Part shown: positions 47,780 through 62,022 of the stretch, one piece after another
Layout of the letters: each line of letters opens with the position of its first letter
How positions within the stretch are numbered: the stretch's first letter is position 1
Assembly: GCA_002189035.1 (NCBI GenBank)
Contig: NEEC01000012.1
Coordinates: 992,001-1,056,000, forward strand
From: Utricularia gibba
Taxonomy: Eukaryota > Plantae > Magnoliophyta
Direction of reading: 5' to 3'
Length of the DNA stretch: 64,000 nucleotides
Translations under genes and position numbers: made by a program
The notes under the pieces: generated by a model
Databases searched by the model: none
What the model was told of the DNA's origin: nothing
What the model saw: the letters and a program-made list of their open reading frames with translations, nothing else

Positions 47780-50700
47780 TTTCGGAATACACACGAGGGT
47801 TTTCCCTCCAACTCCATGAAACCCCAACATCAGGGACGAGAACTTCTCCACCGACCAACAGCTCGAACACGAAGAACACCGACCAAGAGAGGAGAAGATG
47901 AACTTCATCCTCAAGAATAGCATCAGAACCAATTCACGCTACTCTTCAAGTGAGGGAATAGTAGTAGAAAGAAACCAGAACTCTTACTGCTTTATTTTAG
48001 TTTGTTGATGTTTTTAGTTTCTGCACGCAACTCTTTCACATTGTTCTTGACATTTTTGTTGTTTTATGTTAATGTTATCATGTTTTACCTTGAAAGTATG
48101 AGTAGCTAGAACCCTATGGATGTATTAAGGTGAAGCATGGTGGTGTGGGTCTAGGATTCTTAGTAAAATTCATCATTGTTTCTTAGTTCTTATTTCTATC
48201 ATTCCATGGGTAGACCGAAGGAGGGGAACAAGTAACTTCACAACTAAGAAGTTTGGTTTAGAGGTAGTCCAAGAAGTGAAGGTGGGTGCAGTAGGTGTTA
48301 GTCTGGGGTAGAACAAGTAGAACCAGTAGAACTTGGTAGACCTAGTTCTATACACTTTGCATGTGGACAAACTTAATTGTAAGGTTGATGATGATATTGG
48401 GGACTAGCTTAGCCAGAAATATGACCTGGGTAGACTTAGGTTATTTGAAGTTGTGAGTGTAGTAACATGGTAATTTAAGTTAGATATTTTAGCACCACAC
48501 CACCTACAAACCCTTAAGATATCTTTGTATTATTCTGAGTTAGAACCATTATTTGTTACCTTTCGCATTTAAACCTGATTTCATCTACTGAACTTACTTG
48601 GCACTGCTACTCTGAGCTTAGACTAAAACCTACTGTTATCCTTAATTCTGCATCTACTAAAAGACTTACCAACTACAAGCTCCTCGTGATCGACCCCCTA
48701 CATCTACTATACAAATTTTCTAAATTTGTATTTTGTGTAGATTCTGACTTATAAATTTATTTGATATGGAAATTTGCTTTTATTGCAATGACATTGCAAA
48801 AATGTCCGTTTATCAAATCGGCACCGTTGCCAAGGAGCGGTGTTTAATTTTTTTGTGTTTCTAGTTGATGCATTTACGTTCTTCTGGTGCAGATAGTCTC
48901 ACCTTCTTCCGAAAAATTGAGACAACTATTAGCAAGAACAGGATCAGAGTTAGGGAAGCAAGCAGATCAAGGCAGCTCCCACCCGAGACCAATAGTAATT
49001 TAAGAATGGATGAATGTGAGAAGAACTTGAACGAATTAGATGCTGCTGATCACACTCACAGGGGTGTGTGCATCAGATTTGCAGAGGATGGAGCAAACGA
49101 GTTGAAACCGACAATGAGCATCTTGACAATGTAACAACGGTATGCACATCATTCAAGGGAGCTTGAATGACCGAAGATTCAATTTGTTTAAGAGCTTTCC
49201 AATTGACTGTGTAAGGAGGAGCTAAAAAGTGGTTCAACTCACTAAAGCCTGGAAGCATAACCGATTGGATTGGAATAAAGAAGGTGTTTTTGAGCAAATA
49301 TTTTCTGGCTTGCGAGGCTGAAGGAATTAGAAAAGAGATTAGTGATGTTGAACAAATGAGTGGCGAATCATTGCACGAATATTGGGAAAGATTTAATCAT
49401 CTTTTGGGTTCTTGCCCACACAATGATTTTCACACCAATGCTTTGGTCAAATATTTCTATGATGAACTCTTATGCATTAACCGAGCCATGATAGATTCAG
49501 TGGTAGAAGGATTTCTAAGGAAGAAGACACTAACCGAAGCTCTTTCCTTGCTTGATGAGCTAGCTGAGCATTCTAAACATATTATCAAGAAGCAAACCTC
49601 AAACAAGAGGGTGTATAAAGTAGAGACTAAGCCTAGGATTTAAGAGACTGAACTCACAAAAAATGTTGCTGCTATGTCTGAAATGATGAAGGAGCTGTTC
49701 TTATTCGAAGCTAAGAACATGCCATGTGGAAACTACCACAGAACAAGACATGTTGTGAACAAGTGTCCAGATTTATTTGAAGAAGAGCATGTCAAGGCTA
49801 TGTGATATTTGGAAACTACCCCAAAAAGCGTAAGGATCCGGGTGGGTTTATTATCCCATGCAAAATAGGAGATTTGCACATCAGGAGAGCCATGGCAGAT
49901 CTAGAAGCTTCTATAAATGTCATGTCGGAAATTCTGTTTATGAGGCACTTATGTTGGGTCCTTTGCAAGCATCAGTTATACAAATTGAGCAAGTTGATAG
50001 GAGAGCAATTTCTCCCAAAGGTTTTGTTGAGGATGTTCTGGTGAAAATTGAGCATCTTGTATTCCCAACTGATTTTTATGTGGTGAGCATGCCCACTAGA
50101 GGATCAAAAGACACGACCATCATCATGGGGAGACCATTCTTGAGCACTTCAAATGCTATCATCAATGTCAAAATGGGAACCATTGAGCTTTCTATTGATG
50201 AAGACAAAATCACACTAAACATGAAGGATGTGAAGAATTATCCCAGTGATTTTGAGAGCATTTTTGTTGTGGATGTCATGGATGGACTAATTGATGAGCA
50301 CTTGAAGAAGGAAATTCAAGAAAAAGAAGAGACTCATGAATAATCTTTATTTGCAAAATTAGAAGCTGAAGAAAAATTTGAGCAACTAAATGTGGTGCAA
50401 GCCAAGACTCAAGAAGAGAGCTTAGCTAAATTGAAACTACTGTCTAACTATTTAAAATATATTTTTCTTGATGCAGAGTTCAGGAACCTTGTTATCATCT
50501 CTACTGGTGTGAGCCCAAACCAAGAGTTGCGATTGCTCGAGGTGCTGAATAGAAACAAGAAGGCAATAGGTTGAGCACTTGATGACATTGAGGGGATTTG
50601 CTCATTCATATGCATGCACAGAATATTCCTAGAGGATGGTGCAAAACTAGTTCGTCAACCTCAAAGATGCCTCAACCCGAACATGATGGAGGTGGTAAGA

Positions 50701-50908
50701 AAAGAAATTGTTAAATTTCATGATGCAGAGATTATTTATTCTATCACAGATAGTGAATGGGTGAGCCTCATTGACGTTTTGCCAAAGAAGACAGGGATGA
50801 CTGTGATGGAAAATGAGAAAGGCAAGCTTGTTCCACAAAGGGTGCAAAATGGATGGCGCATTTGCATAGATTATCGAAAATTAAATGAAGTGACAAAGAA
50901 AGACCATG
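47780..50908 (+). mobile_element. 5' half of an Athila-like gypsy element: LTR (to 48818), PBS, gag, protease, start of RT
   Basis: LTR end CCGTTTATCA followed by PBS-like AATCGGCACCGTTGCC. gag GESLHEYWERFNHLLGSCPHN; PR KDPGGFIIPCKIG...ADLEASINVMS; RT RQPQRCLNPNMMEVVRKEI...WRICIDYRKLNEVTKKDH, then cut. Confidence 0.92.
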
Positions 50909-50909
50909 T

Positions 50910-53330
50910 CGTTGTGCAACAACAAGAAAGAAACATAAACAAAGATAGAAGATGATAAATAGTCCACGTTGAAAGCTAAATCTATTCCTAATTAGGAATA
51001 ATATTCATGATAAACGAAAAGTTCAAGTGTAGCTGAAATCTTCTTCTTCATCCTCCATGATTCTTCTATGACTTTTCCCCTCAAAAAACCGTCTCCAGAA
51101 AGCTGTGTCGTGTGCTCCAATTGGGGAGCTATTTTCTCTCTCCATCTTGTCCTCCTTTTTATCCAAAATCCTCCTTTTTCTCTTCCTTGGATTTGGTGTG
51201 TACTCTTTTTCAAACTTTTGCCCCATCCTCTGCCACTACACTGTTCATATCTGACTCCTTGGGATTCGTGTTGCCGACATGTGCTGCATTGCTCAAAGGA
51301 AACTATTAGAAGTAAGGTTGGGACTAAATTGTAGATTTAGTCCCAACTAAGACTAAAATAACTCAACTACAGTACTATACGCAAAAATACATAACTAGGT
51401 AGTAAAACTTAATTTTTGTAGCACAATATGAGTCATTTCCCTATACTCAATCACTCAAAAATATGTGTTTTCAAGAACAAAAGTAATACAAAGTTCAATT
51501 AAGAAAAGTGAATCAAAGAACCTAAGTATGATTGATCCTAAAGTCTTAACCTTAGTCATCATAGAAGCAAATCTATTTGACAAGCAAAACAAGGATGGTT
51601 TCATAAATGAAAACGAAAAACGAAGAATGAAGAAAATTAGCACAATGGTCCCAATGCTAAAAAAAAACTAACTAAAAATAAAAGGAAACATAAACTCCTC
51701 CCAATACTTAATTTTGAGGATTTCCTCATCACCAAGTACAAGGTTACCTAAGTCATGTGGTAGTACAGAGTTTTAGATGGTGGTTATGAAAGAGTCCAAT
51801 TTGTTGGAAAGTGCTAGATTGGGGTGGATTGAGTAGTGCTCAATGGAATGTCTTGTAGTCATTGTAGGGGTTGAAAATTGTCAGAAGCATGAAAGTGATG
51901 GCACTCTTGATGCCTCCTTGCACAAAAACGGCTTTCTTGTCTACTTCCTTCAGTTAGCTACAAGAGAAAAGATCATTAAAATCTTGATAACAGATCTTAT
52001 TATCTACTTGAAGGGTGTGTTTGTCCAAATTCACATTGAGATGCTAGGTGAACTTGGTGATGAGAATCCATTTGGGTAGCAATCCACCATCTAAGATTTC
52101 TGGGAAGCTTCTTCATCATTACCTAGAGTAAGAGCACAATGACCTTGGCCATGATTCTAGTTCCTTTATGGCATTGTAACACTCACTAAAATACCTATTT
52201 AAAATGAAAAGAGCATGGGCTTTCAAGCAATGGATATTGAATTTGCATGCAGAAGAAGAGGGCTCATAAATAGACATGGAACATTTTAATTGGAGAATTT
52301 GAGCCACAATGAGAGAAATGGGGTCTTTGTTACCTAAGTAGGCAACAATTAGGTAAAGATAGGGATTTGAAAAGGTAGATGGATAAGGGAGATTAGGAAT
52401 TTGTGAAATGAAAGCAATCTAAGGGTAGTGAGTGTTAAAAACAAAAGAAGAGTGAGGACTTCTAAAATCAAAAACATGGTTTACCTCACATGCAGCAATA
52501 ATTTATGGTTCTTTGGTCGATTGTAACACTTTAATGAACCTCGACTAGCAGTAGGTAGTACATCGTGTGCGGCTACAATTTTCATAGAATGGTTTCAATT
52601 GATATTCATTTATCTTGATGCTTTTTCTTGTCTCAAATGAACGAATAACAAAAGTATCAAAGGGAAAAACATGCATAACTTTATAAGCTCCAAGCCACTT
52701 GGAACATAACATTTCTGAAAAAAGTTTCAATGTGATGTCAAACAAAATAACTTTTTGACTAACTATAAAATGCTTCACATGCAACTTATTAGCATGGAAG
52801 CATTTTACATTTTGCTTGTCCAGAAGTTGGTTGCTATAGGCATTGAGATGAATGTATTTTAATTCATTCAAGTCTAAAAGCATATTTTTGCCAGCTTGGT
52901 CACTAGTAATATTGTATACTTTGATTGGCCCCATATGTGCTTTGATGAAGTTCGACAGGAGAATGGTAAGTCTTACCACAAATCATGTGGTATGGAGATA
53001 TCCCAATTGAATTCTTGTAAGCAATGCAATATGCTCATAATGCATCATCTAATCTTAAGTTCCAATCTCATTTATTTGAGTTCACAATCTACTCAAACAT
53101 CCTCTTCACTTCTCAATTTGATATTTCCACCACGGCATTTGTTTGAGAATGTCTATTTATAGAAAGGTGATGAATGACTCCATAATTGACTAGTGCACTT
53201 TTTATGGCATGATTCATGAAATGGGTGCCACGATCATAGATGATGATTTTTAGATGACCAAACCATGGAAATAAGATATTGATTAAGAAATAGCTCATGA
53301 TTTTTATTTATGTGACCATATTCTTCTTCT
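50910..53330 (-). mobile_element. Athila integrase and downstream (env-like/3') region in opposite orientation
   Basis: IIYDRGTHFMN...HSQTNAVVEISN and AGKNMLLDLNELKYIHLNAYSN...KWLGAYKVMHVFP...KINEYQLKPFYE on the minus strand. Confidence 0.8.
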
Positions 53331-54699
53331 TTCCCCAAATCTGTGGCCCAGTTCTATCACCATCCAAACTCCAGAATTTTCCTCAAAACAGAATCTTTAT
53401 GAGTGCGACTCAGTAACCAGGAAATAATCACTTTGTTTACTGCTTTTTCGGAATTTACATTGATAAATGTATTGATTTTTGTAGATTTAGGTTTCTTCGA
53501 GAGATTGTTTACTGCATTTATTTGTTAATTAATTTAAAACCCTAGAATTTAGGTTGAATTGAGTGATTTTATGTGAATATGTTTGGTGGATGATCTTTCT
53601 TCTTAGAATTTATGAAGTTCAATAAAGCTTCAATAAATATTCCATTAATTACCTACAACTTATGATTATTGTAACTATGATGTTCGTTTAGATAAAAAGA
53701 AGATATATGTAGAATATTGAACTAAAGAAGAAAGGTTTCATGAATTTTAATTCATGAGTTTGAATACATTAACAATGCTAAAAATATTGAATAAATGATA
53801 GATTTTACTTAAAATGTGGATTTTCTTTGTAGAATCATTGTGGAACTTGAAGAAGAAGAGAGTATAGAGAATGAAATTTCCTTTATGGGTATATTGCAAA
53901 GATCCAAAAAATGAGATAAGGTTGGCGGTGGAAATGATGATTTGGTATATTGTTGCGTGTCGTTTACTCAACAAATTGTAAATATTTAAAACGGAAAACA
54001 CTAGAAAGCGTAGTATGAGTATCGATCACAGGGAGTTGTTTTTCGTGAAAAGTGTTTTGTAAACAACTTCTACAAAATGTCACGGTTTTATAAAAGGGGG
54101 TTTTTAAGATACAGAAATGAAAGATACAACCTAAGTGATGGGCTCTGACTACGGTACGCAGTTTATGGGAATAAGATTCCATCTCTTTCCATTATACGTC
54201 CTTGCCTCGATTTTCACTGATTTCTTTCAAATAATTGGTTATAGGAGCAAGGAATAGCCTACTCTCCCTTACACTCTGATTGATAGGGAGGCACGGGAAT
54301 ACACTCTGATTGACATATCTCGGTCAAAGTGTGAGAAAAAAGATATAAAATATACACAAAATAGGAAAATTGGAATTTTCTAGTAAAAATAAAATACTTA
54401 ATAATAAAACTCCTAATTTGGGCGACTACATTCATAATTAACACATAATAATAACTAATAATTAACTAGAAAATGATACTTAACATATATTGTTTTTTTG
54501 GTAAAAAATTTACAACATTTTATTTTCGAATATGAGCTCATTTATTGCATCTTAAAGGTGCTGGTATAGGAATATCTTCAAAGATACCTCAAGTAATTCA
54601 TGACGAATTGAAATAAAAGAATAAGGAAGCACAAAAACAGAATTTGAATAAAAATTTTGGAGCAAGTTCAAAAGATTTTGGGTCTTCTAATATTTTATC

Positions 54700-57600
54700 T
54701 TTTACTCCAATACTAGGTTACTATTGAAGACTTGGGTATGGATCCTCTTATTAGAGGAGTTAACACAAGAGTACAGTAAAAGATTGATGAGGTTTTTAGT
54801 GGTTATCAAGGACACACAAAAGAGTTAGACTCATTAATTTCCTGAATGTTTTATAGTGATGGATTACCTTTTAATCTTGCTCAAAATCTGTATTATGTGA
54901 ATGGTTTTTCATATGCTACTATAATGACCATTGTTAAGTGTCATTTTGTCACTATTCTTTAGATCAGTTTTACATCTAAATGTAATTAAAGTTGTTTAGT
55001 TTAGAGTTTATAATATAAGTTTTATGTTTTATCTAGATTAGGTTAATTATCTTAATTTAAGCATTTTCTCTAATATTTTTTCTACATTTGTTTAAGTTTT
55101 GTTAGACACGAACACGTGATATGAAGTGTGAGAAAGGGAGCTTCACATGGCAACAATATAGATCTTCGTGACTTGACGTTTTCTTGATTTTTGAAAAGAT
55201 ACCGAATAATGAGCCTTGACGTGTAGTACACGGGAGCCTATGATAGATGTAATAATTAATGTACTAGTGTTAGAGCAAGAGCTTCCTTGTAAGTCACTCT
55301 ATTCCATAGCAAGGTTACGTGGACATGAAAACTCAGACAAAAGAAATTTACTTTCAATTATTGTTTTTCAATTTCATTATTAGACTTACTTTATCTCTCT
55401 TAAGGGTTTTCCTATAACTTCTTTATAGAATTTGCTTTCCTTTTCTTTTATATGGTCATTTGTCACTAAAAATTCTTGTTTTTGGGTTGAGAGACTCCCC
55501 ACTTACGTTTTATTAGTTAAACTACACTTCTTCTTTGAATTTGATCAGGTTTCAAATGTGTCCATGCGATCATGTTACAATCTTTCTGTGACAATCTCCT
55601 TATTCAAAATTGATGGTAAACTGATCACTACTGACTAGTTTTGAAGAGAAACAAGGTGAAAAGCATGAACTCACGCTCTTTTGGTTCAAAGAAACAACAT
55701 TTTGTTTATTGCCGTACTTCAAGATTAATGGACAATTAGTGGTATCGAATCTGGACCTATTGGGTTATTCACAACACTCGAACAAACATGCACAATTCGA
55801 TCGTGAGGATAACAATGCAGAATCTCTTATCTTCTCGTTCGTCCAAGGGGGAGCAACATTGGGTTATTCGCATGCCTCTTAGCATGAGAGCGTAATGAAG
55901 AGTAGGATATTTTTTACTCCTACAATCAAGTAATTGAGAAGATTAGAGAAGAGTAGGTAATTTTTTACTCCAATCACAGGAACGTTCTCTTTATTTAAGC
56001 TTTATTACTTAAATTCATTCATGTTGTTTGTTTACAATTTCCTTACTCAAGCTTCATCATTCACATTTCTAACATCATTTACTTTATAAACCCATTTATA
56101 AATCATGACAGTTGTATTTGGTATAACTTCACATTTGATTAGAAAAACAACTCATAGTTGTTCGACATCCGTACTATACATTTTGTGTTTTATGAATTTT
56201 AAAAATCTTTAAAATCTATTGTGCAAATGACACACATCAATGATTTTCATATATAAGCCTTGATCTTTTAATATTTTAATAACCAAGTTATTGCAACAAG
56301 AAAAAAGTCAGAATGAGAAATGTTTAGAAGTTCTAAAAAGTACATGAGAGACAAAAGGAGTTAGTCTAACATGCGACGGTTGCTCAGATTCTCAAAAAAG
56401 ATCATTAATCAATTTTATGATCATCAATGAAAGTGGAACAATGTTTATGGAAGCTGTGAACTATGAAGCTCACAAAGATGCCAAGTTTATTAGTTTATTG
56501 AAGAAAATACCATCAGAAAAGTGCAAATAATGAATGTAATACAAATGATCGTAGATAATGCTATGGTTTGCTCAGCAACTCATCTTCTTATTGAGAAAAG
56601 CATATCAATTAAGTACCTACTAATATGTGTTGTTCCATAACAAATTTTAAAAGATTTTTTAGATGTAAAACAATAAAAGTATAGTATGGGTGTCGATCAC
56701 AGTGAATCGATTTTCAAGATAATGGTGAGGTTTTGAATTGAATATAACTTGTCACGATTTTGAAAACGTGTTGGTAAAAGTAAATGGCATTTAAGATGTA
56801 AATGATGAAACTCAAATAAAGAAACTATAAGATAAACAATACAAGTGAACTTAACGATGAAACTTAAATAAAAGTTATTCTGAGGATTGAAATCTTATCC
56901 AACTACGTTTCTTTTATTTCCAGTCTTCTCTAATTCTCTCGAATACTTGGCTATAGGAATAAGAAGATGCCTACCTTCCCTTATATTCTATTGCAATGAG
57001 GCATGGGAGTTCTGCGATGTGAGGTCAAGTTGTCACTATCCTTACATTCTCTTATATGAATGGGAAGATAATAAATCTTGTTGTCATTATCACGCATGTG
57101 CCTAGTGTTTCCAATTACAAAATGGTCCTGATACGAGATCATTATCTATCCATTAACCTAGGGTACGACCACAAAAGAAGCATTGTCTCTCTCGAACCAA
57201 AAGGGTGTAAGTTAATGTTTTTCACCTTTCTGCTCTTCAAGACTCGTTGGCAGTCTGTTCATTGTCATTTTCTAGTTATTATTATTATTATGTATTAATC
57301 TAATATTCAGTCATCCAAATTAGGAGTCATATTGTTAAGTATTTAATTTTATTAGAAAATCCCTATTTTTGTATTTTATACATATTTTGTTGTTTTTTTT
57401 CGTTCACTTTCATCCAAAATACCAGGAGGCAAGTTTGAAGTATTGCAGAAGACTTACAGGAGACCAGGCACTACCACTTCATGCCTTTCACACGACTTTA
57501 GTCAATTGTGGGTGGAAGACTGACACTAGTTAGGACCCTTGACTCACGACATGTTAGAGTATGCAGCAATGATTGGACGCTTACTTGCATGCATGAGAAA

Positions 57601-58450
57601 GCTTTTGGTGCATGCAAGACACAAAGAACGATGGAAGGAGCGTAGGAAGAGTTGATGCACGTAGAGAGTGAGATAAAACCAACTTAGAACAATCTCTTTC
57701 GAACTTTTGGCACTTTCTTTTGGCACTTAGTACTTTGGGTTCTTCCTCTCCTCCAAGGGAGAAAGAACAATTTATATTTTCTTTATACTTCCTCTCCTTC
57801 AAGGGAGCGGCAATGAGTAGGAGGCCACTTCTTACGGATTTTGATGAAGAGCAAGATGAAGAGCACCATCTCCAACCCTACAGGTTAAAGGGAAGTAGCA
57901 AATTGTTTGAGACCGAGGTACTGCAACAATGTACAGGTAGTGACCTTATGCCTGCCGTCGGTCATTTGCAATAATTGGGCACATGCAACAGTTTGAAGAT
58001 AATCGACGGCAATCCTCTTGTCTTCTCAATCAGCCAAGGGAGAATTACATGAGGCTATTCTTGTGCCTCCTGTCAATCATAGTGTAAGGGAGTGTAGGTT
58101 ATTCCCTTCTCCTATAGCCTTGAATTTGCTTAGTCATGTTTCTTCTTCCTCAACATGTGAGCAAAATTGGAGTATGTATAAGATGATTTCTTCTTCCTTA
58201 ACATTTGAGACATTGATTGACTTCTAAATATGCTGAAGATTTAGTATATGTGTACAATAATCTTCAAATATTATCTCAAAAAGTTCTAGAATATGATACA
58301 GGTGATACAAAGTTATGGGATTTCAAGAGTAATTCTGATGATATTGATATATCTCCTCTAGGAAAATTGAAAATTTATCATTAGATGAGCCTATACTTAA
58401 AAGAATGATTTTATAGGAACAAGTGTATGAAGATGTTTAGCAGCCAAATT
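54700..58450 (+). mobile_element. hAT transposase (DUF659/dimerisation type) broken up by insertions
   Basis: MFYSDGLPFNLAQNLYY (~54850), KGVSLTCDGCSDSQKRSLINFM...NVIQMIVDNAMVC (~56350-56580), LLSHVSSSSTCEQNWS and AEDLVYVYNNL (~58130-58260). Confidence 0.85.
54932..56239. mobile_element. Probable solo LTR (~1.3 kb) splitting the hAT ORF
   Basis: Ends TGTTAAGTGTCATTTTGTCAC / GTGCAAATGACACACATCA are short inverted repeats. The hAT coding sequence resumes on each side. TSD not recognisable. Confidence 0.6.
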
Positions 58451-58799
58451 CAAGTGAGAATCTTAATCACTCTTTTGACCTGGAGTTGTATGAGTATGAA
58501 GATGAAGATGATATAGAAGAATAGATTGTTAACTCTAATAATTATATTTAGTTAGGATATTTTTATCTCAAGTAAATCTTTCATTTTCCTTTATTTTAGT
58601 ATGTATGAATTGTGAATTGATTAGTTTTTTAATATTTCATTTATTTGGAAATATAATTTGTTTTCTAATTTAAAAAGTATAAACTTTGTATATATGAATA
58701 CTACTATGAATCTTATAGGATTCTTCTATACTTTACGAATCTTGAATCCAACATAGCAGAAATGAGATAGATTATACCTGCGATCAATAAATTTAGAAT

Positions 58800-59650
58800 C
58801 TACTTCTTTACCACTTCAATCATGAGAAGATTGAATCTTTTTTGCGGCTGGTAAATTTTTTCATTCTCTGGTTTTTAACTCTGGTAATGGAGTATGAATA
58901 ACACAAGGAATCAACTATTTTTCAGATATTTCTAAACTTAGCAAAGCAATATCATGAAATTCAGATTTTCAAGACAAATACTCTAGATAGCTCAAAACTT
59001 CAAAATCAGAAAATGAAATGTTTTCAGAATTAAAATACACTAGATATCTCATTGATCTAATCATGTTATTTTATGCCCTTATCAAGATTGAAGTCGAGTA
59101 CATGTCCATCAAATTGTAAAGATATTGTACTTGCTTAGACATCAATTTTTGAATTTGCTGCAGTCATAAACGGTAGTCCCAAAATGATGAACTTTGAGAT
59201 TCAAGAATTTTCACTCTCCATGAGAATAACTAAAAAGTCAACAAGGGAAATTAAAACTTTAAGATGAATAAATACATCATTAATTCTATCATCAAACTTA
59301 ACATATGATCTATCAAATTGACAAACAACATTAATGTGTTCAAGTTTAGTTAGTTTAGAGGCAAGAGAAAGGTACTAAGATCTAGGCATGATATTAATCA
59401 AAACTTCAAAATCTTCCATGGCAACTTAAATTTTTTTGTTTCACCAATAGTCAAAAAAATAGAAAGCATCTAGGATCCTTACATTTTCTTGGAATTCTTT
59501 TTTGGATAAATACTGAAATATTTTTTTTCAGTAAAAGAGATCAATTATTCCACTTTGACCTTCTTCTTGGAGTCAAACAAGTCTTTCAACATCTTCACAT
59601 ATTTGGGCTATACCAATGAGATATTATAATTTCATGTGTTTAGCTAATCC
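58800..59650 (-). pseudogene. Very decayed Athila gag-protease fragment
   Basis: KYVKMLKDLFDSKKK...IPRKCKDPRCF, INIMPRS, LVDFLVILME and IILGLPF. Confidence 0.7.
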
Positions 59651-60009
59651 TCTATAATAAACATAGGCATAATCTCATATCCATGGGATTAAAGGGGTAC
59701 ACCGAGCTAACAAACATGGCCTTAAATTCACCTGAAACCAAGACAATTTCATCAGTTGGTTTATGGGGAAGAACCCTCAAATTAGCCAGATTGCATTTAG
59801 GTTTCTTGAATGAGAAAATCCTATCAAGATGATCATATTGTCAAGAGATAAAACAACGTGCACTAGGCTCTTGAAAGTCACGACGACCATTTGCGTTGGC
59901 ATCACTAGTAACAGATTCATAAGTTTTTTACCTAATTGTTTAAGAACTTTAGAAAAACTGACCATGATAGTTTTAATAATTGAAATCATTTTATTAGTTT
60001 TAACCTACT

Positions 60010-60670
60010 TGCTATTAAAATAGATATAACTATTATACTACTATTTCAGTTTTAATTATGTAAATTCATTATATATACATAAATAATATTTATTTTTATA
60101 TTAAAATGTTAGTTTTGATCAATAAATTTAATTGATTTGGAGAAACTCACTTAGGTCAATTTTGTCAAACATTTAACTAACATCGTTGGTGAAAATTGGA
60201 TGTATATAAGGTCATTTTTTTTATTTGACTAACTTGTTTTAATACCAATCGATCCTCACTATTTGTAAATTAGATATATTTAATCACTGTTGTTTTGTAA
60301 TTTGATAAAATTGATTGTCGCCTAACTGATCGTGCGTCACCACCGACCACTATTCCACCTGCCACCAACCGACAACCGCCACCTGCCACCAACTGCCAAC
60401 CAGCAGTTGCCACGTCACCAACAATCGGTCACCATCAATCGTTGGATGTCGTCGACCATTTGCTATTGCTCACCAATGTCCATTATTAATATTAAAAGAG
60501 GCTAATCAAATGATTAAAATGGCAAATTTTTATACTCAACTTTTACTAATGTTCGTAAAACGTTAGAAAAAGTGATTACGTTAATTCTGGTGAAATTGAT
60601 AAAAACTGATACATGATAAACTAACATGATGAAAATTGAAATATTGATATAATAGTTATTCCTATTTTAC
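60010..60670. mobile_element. Non-autonomous MULE-like/MITE element in the UGT copy 2 upstream region; only its left ~250 bp remains at ~31610-31850
   Basis: AAAATAGATATAACTATT...ATTTCAGTTTT (60013) is inverted by AAAATTGAAATAT...AATAGTTATTCCTATTTTACC (60632-60670), with looser inverted similarity over ~200 bp. TSD not found. Confidence 0.6.
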
Positions 60671-61961
60671 CAACAAATAGGTCAAAACTAACGAACCCGT
60701 TAAGTTTAGGCGATCATTTTATTGAATCGGATAAGTAATTGATAGTCGTACTTGCCAAATTCGTAAAAACTTTGGTCTAAGTAGATACCATCCCATAATG
60801 GATTAAGAAGCACCAATGGCTTCATCAATATTCGTTTCTCTTCTCTGCGGTCAAGTTTTGCTTCCAGTGATTGCAACAAGCACCAACTCATCAAGTTCCA
60901 TGTCACATATTGGAGCGAAGAGGGATTTGAATAAGATAAAATAGAGAAGACAGCTCAAGAGAAGATGCATGATAACCAACAATCAAAAGGCCCGGTGAAA
61001 TCTACCCGAAGGCGATTCTCTAAAATTGTAAGTTGGCATTCAAGATTAACTCAAGTGAAGCTTTTGGAGATAGCCATGATCATGTGTAAGCGTAGACTAG
61101 GTTTGCAGATGACCCTTTCAATGGCCTCCTTGGTGATACATCGTTTTCACAAAAGTAAGATCGTAAAATATCAGATTTTTTATTTAGTTTGTGAAATCCC
61201 TTGGTGAATGAATATATGTGAATTTCTTCATGGTTGTTAAGTAAAGCCTCATCCAAGCTCCCGATTTTACAATCATCATTTTCCCTCCCCTTGTTCCTTC
61301 CATCAAACAAAGCTGAATCCTTGCTCCTCAAATGTCTTCTACTCCGCAAAGCCACATCTTTCGCCCACTTAAAAGAAAAAAGGGAAACATACTACAAACC
61401 CAGTAGACCAATCCACGCGTGCACCCCTCATATCACACCCATACTTGATATATCTTTCCCCGACGGCTGAGAACATGTTGGTAAAAACCAAACCAATTCC
61501 TGATTGCAAAAGCTGCCAAATGATTGAGTAGCATTACCTCAACAATTAGTAGTCATTTAAATTTATGTTCTATTTTGATTGATTAGCTATTATTTTTTTA
61601 ATTTTAAACTTGTGTTACGTTTTTTCGAGTTAAATAACATGTTCTAATATCTTTACTTCTGACAATATGATAGAAGATATTTCACAAATTTACTCACCTT
61701 TCAAAAGAATTTATAGCCATAAACATATATCCCTTTGACAGACTCAGTATTTTGTTACCTTCTTCCCCTTTCTTATTCTTCTACCCACCTCCTCCTTCCT
61801 ATCAATTAACTAGTGAAAGTAGAGAACTCGCTACAGAGATTTTAGACACAATCTCAATCGAGCATCAATTATTATATATGTCGTGATATTTTTTGCTTAA
61901 AAATTATATGCGAAAAAATTAAATAATTTAAAATCTTGAAAATCTTAAATGAATAATACTT

Positions 61962-61968
61962 TATAAAA
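61962..61968 (+). promoter_or_regulatory. Candidate TATA box of UGT copy 2 (TATAAAA); copy 1 has GATAAAA at 31972-31978
   Basis: Lies ~55 nt upstream of the ATG within conserved flanks. Position-based inference only. Confidence 0.45.
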
Positions 61969-62022
61969 TGCTACGAAACGTTACTCGTAGTCTTCGGAAT
62001 CACCCTGCTGCATGACCAACAA

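Noticed and set aside
59777-60023. Hydrophobic ORFs as membrane-protein genes
   Set aside because: Low-complexity AT-rich frames beside a decayed Athila fragment.
60303-61867. LTR insertion specific to the UGT copy 2 promoter (TGATA...GCATCA)
   Set aside because: No TSD, and the segment contains the right TIR of an element whose left half is in both copies, which fits a deletion in copy 1 better.
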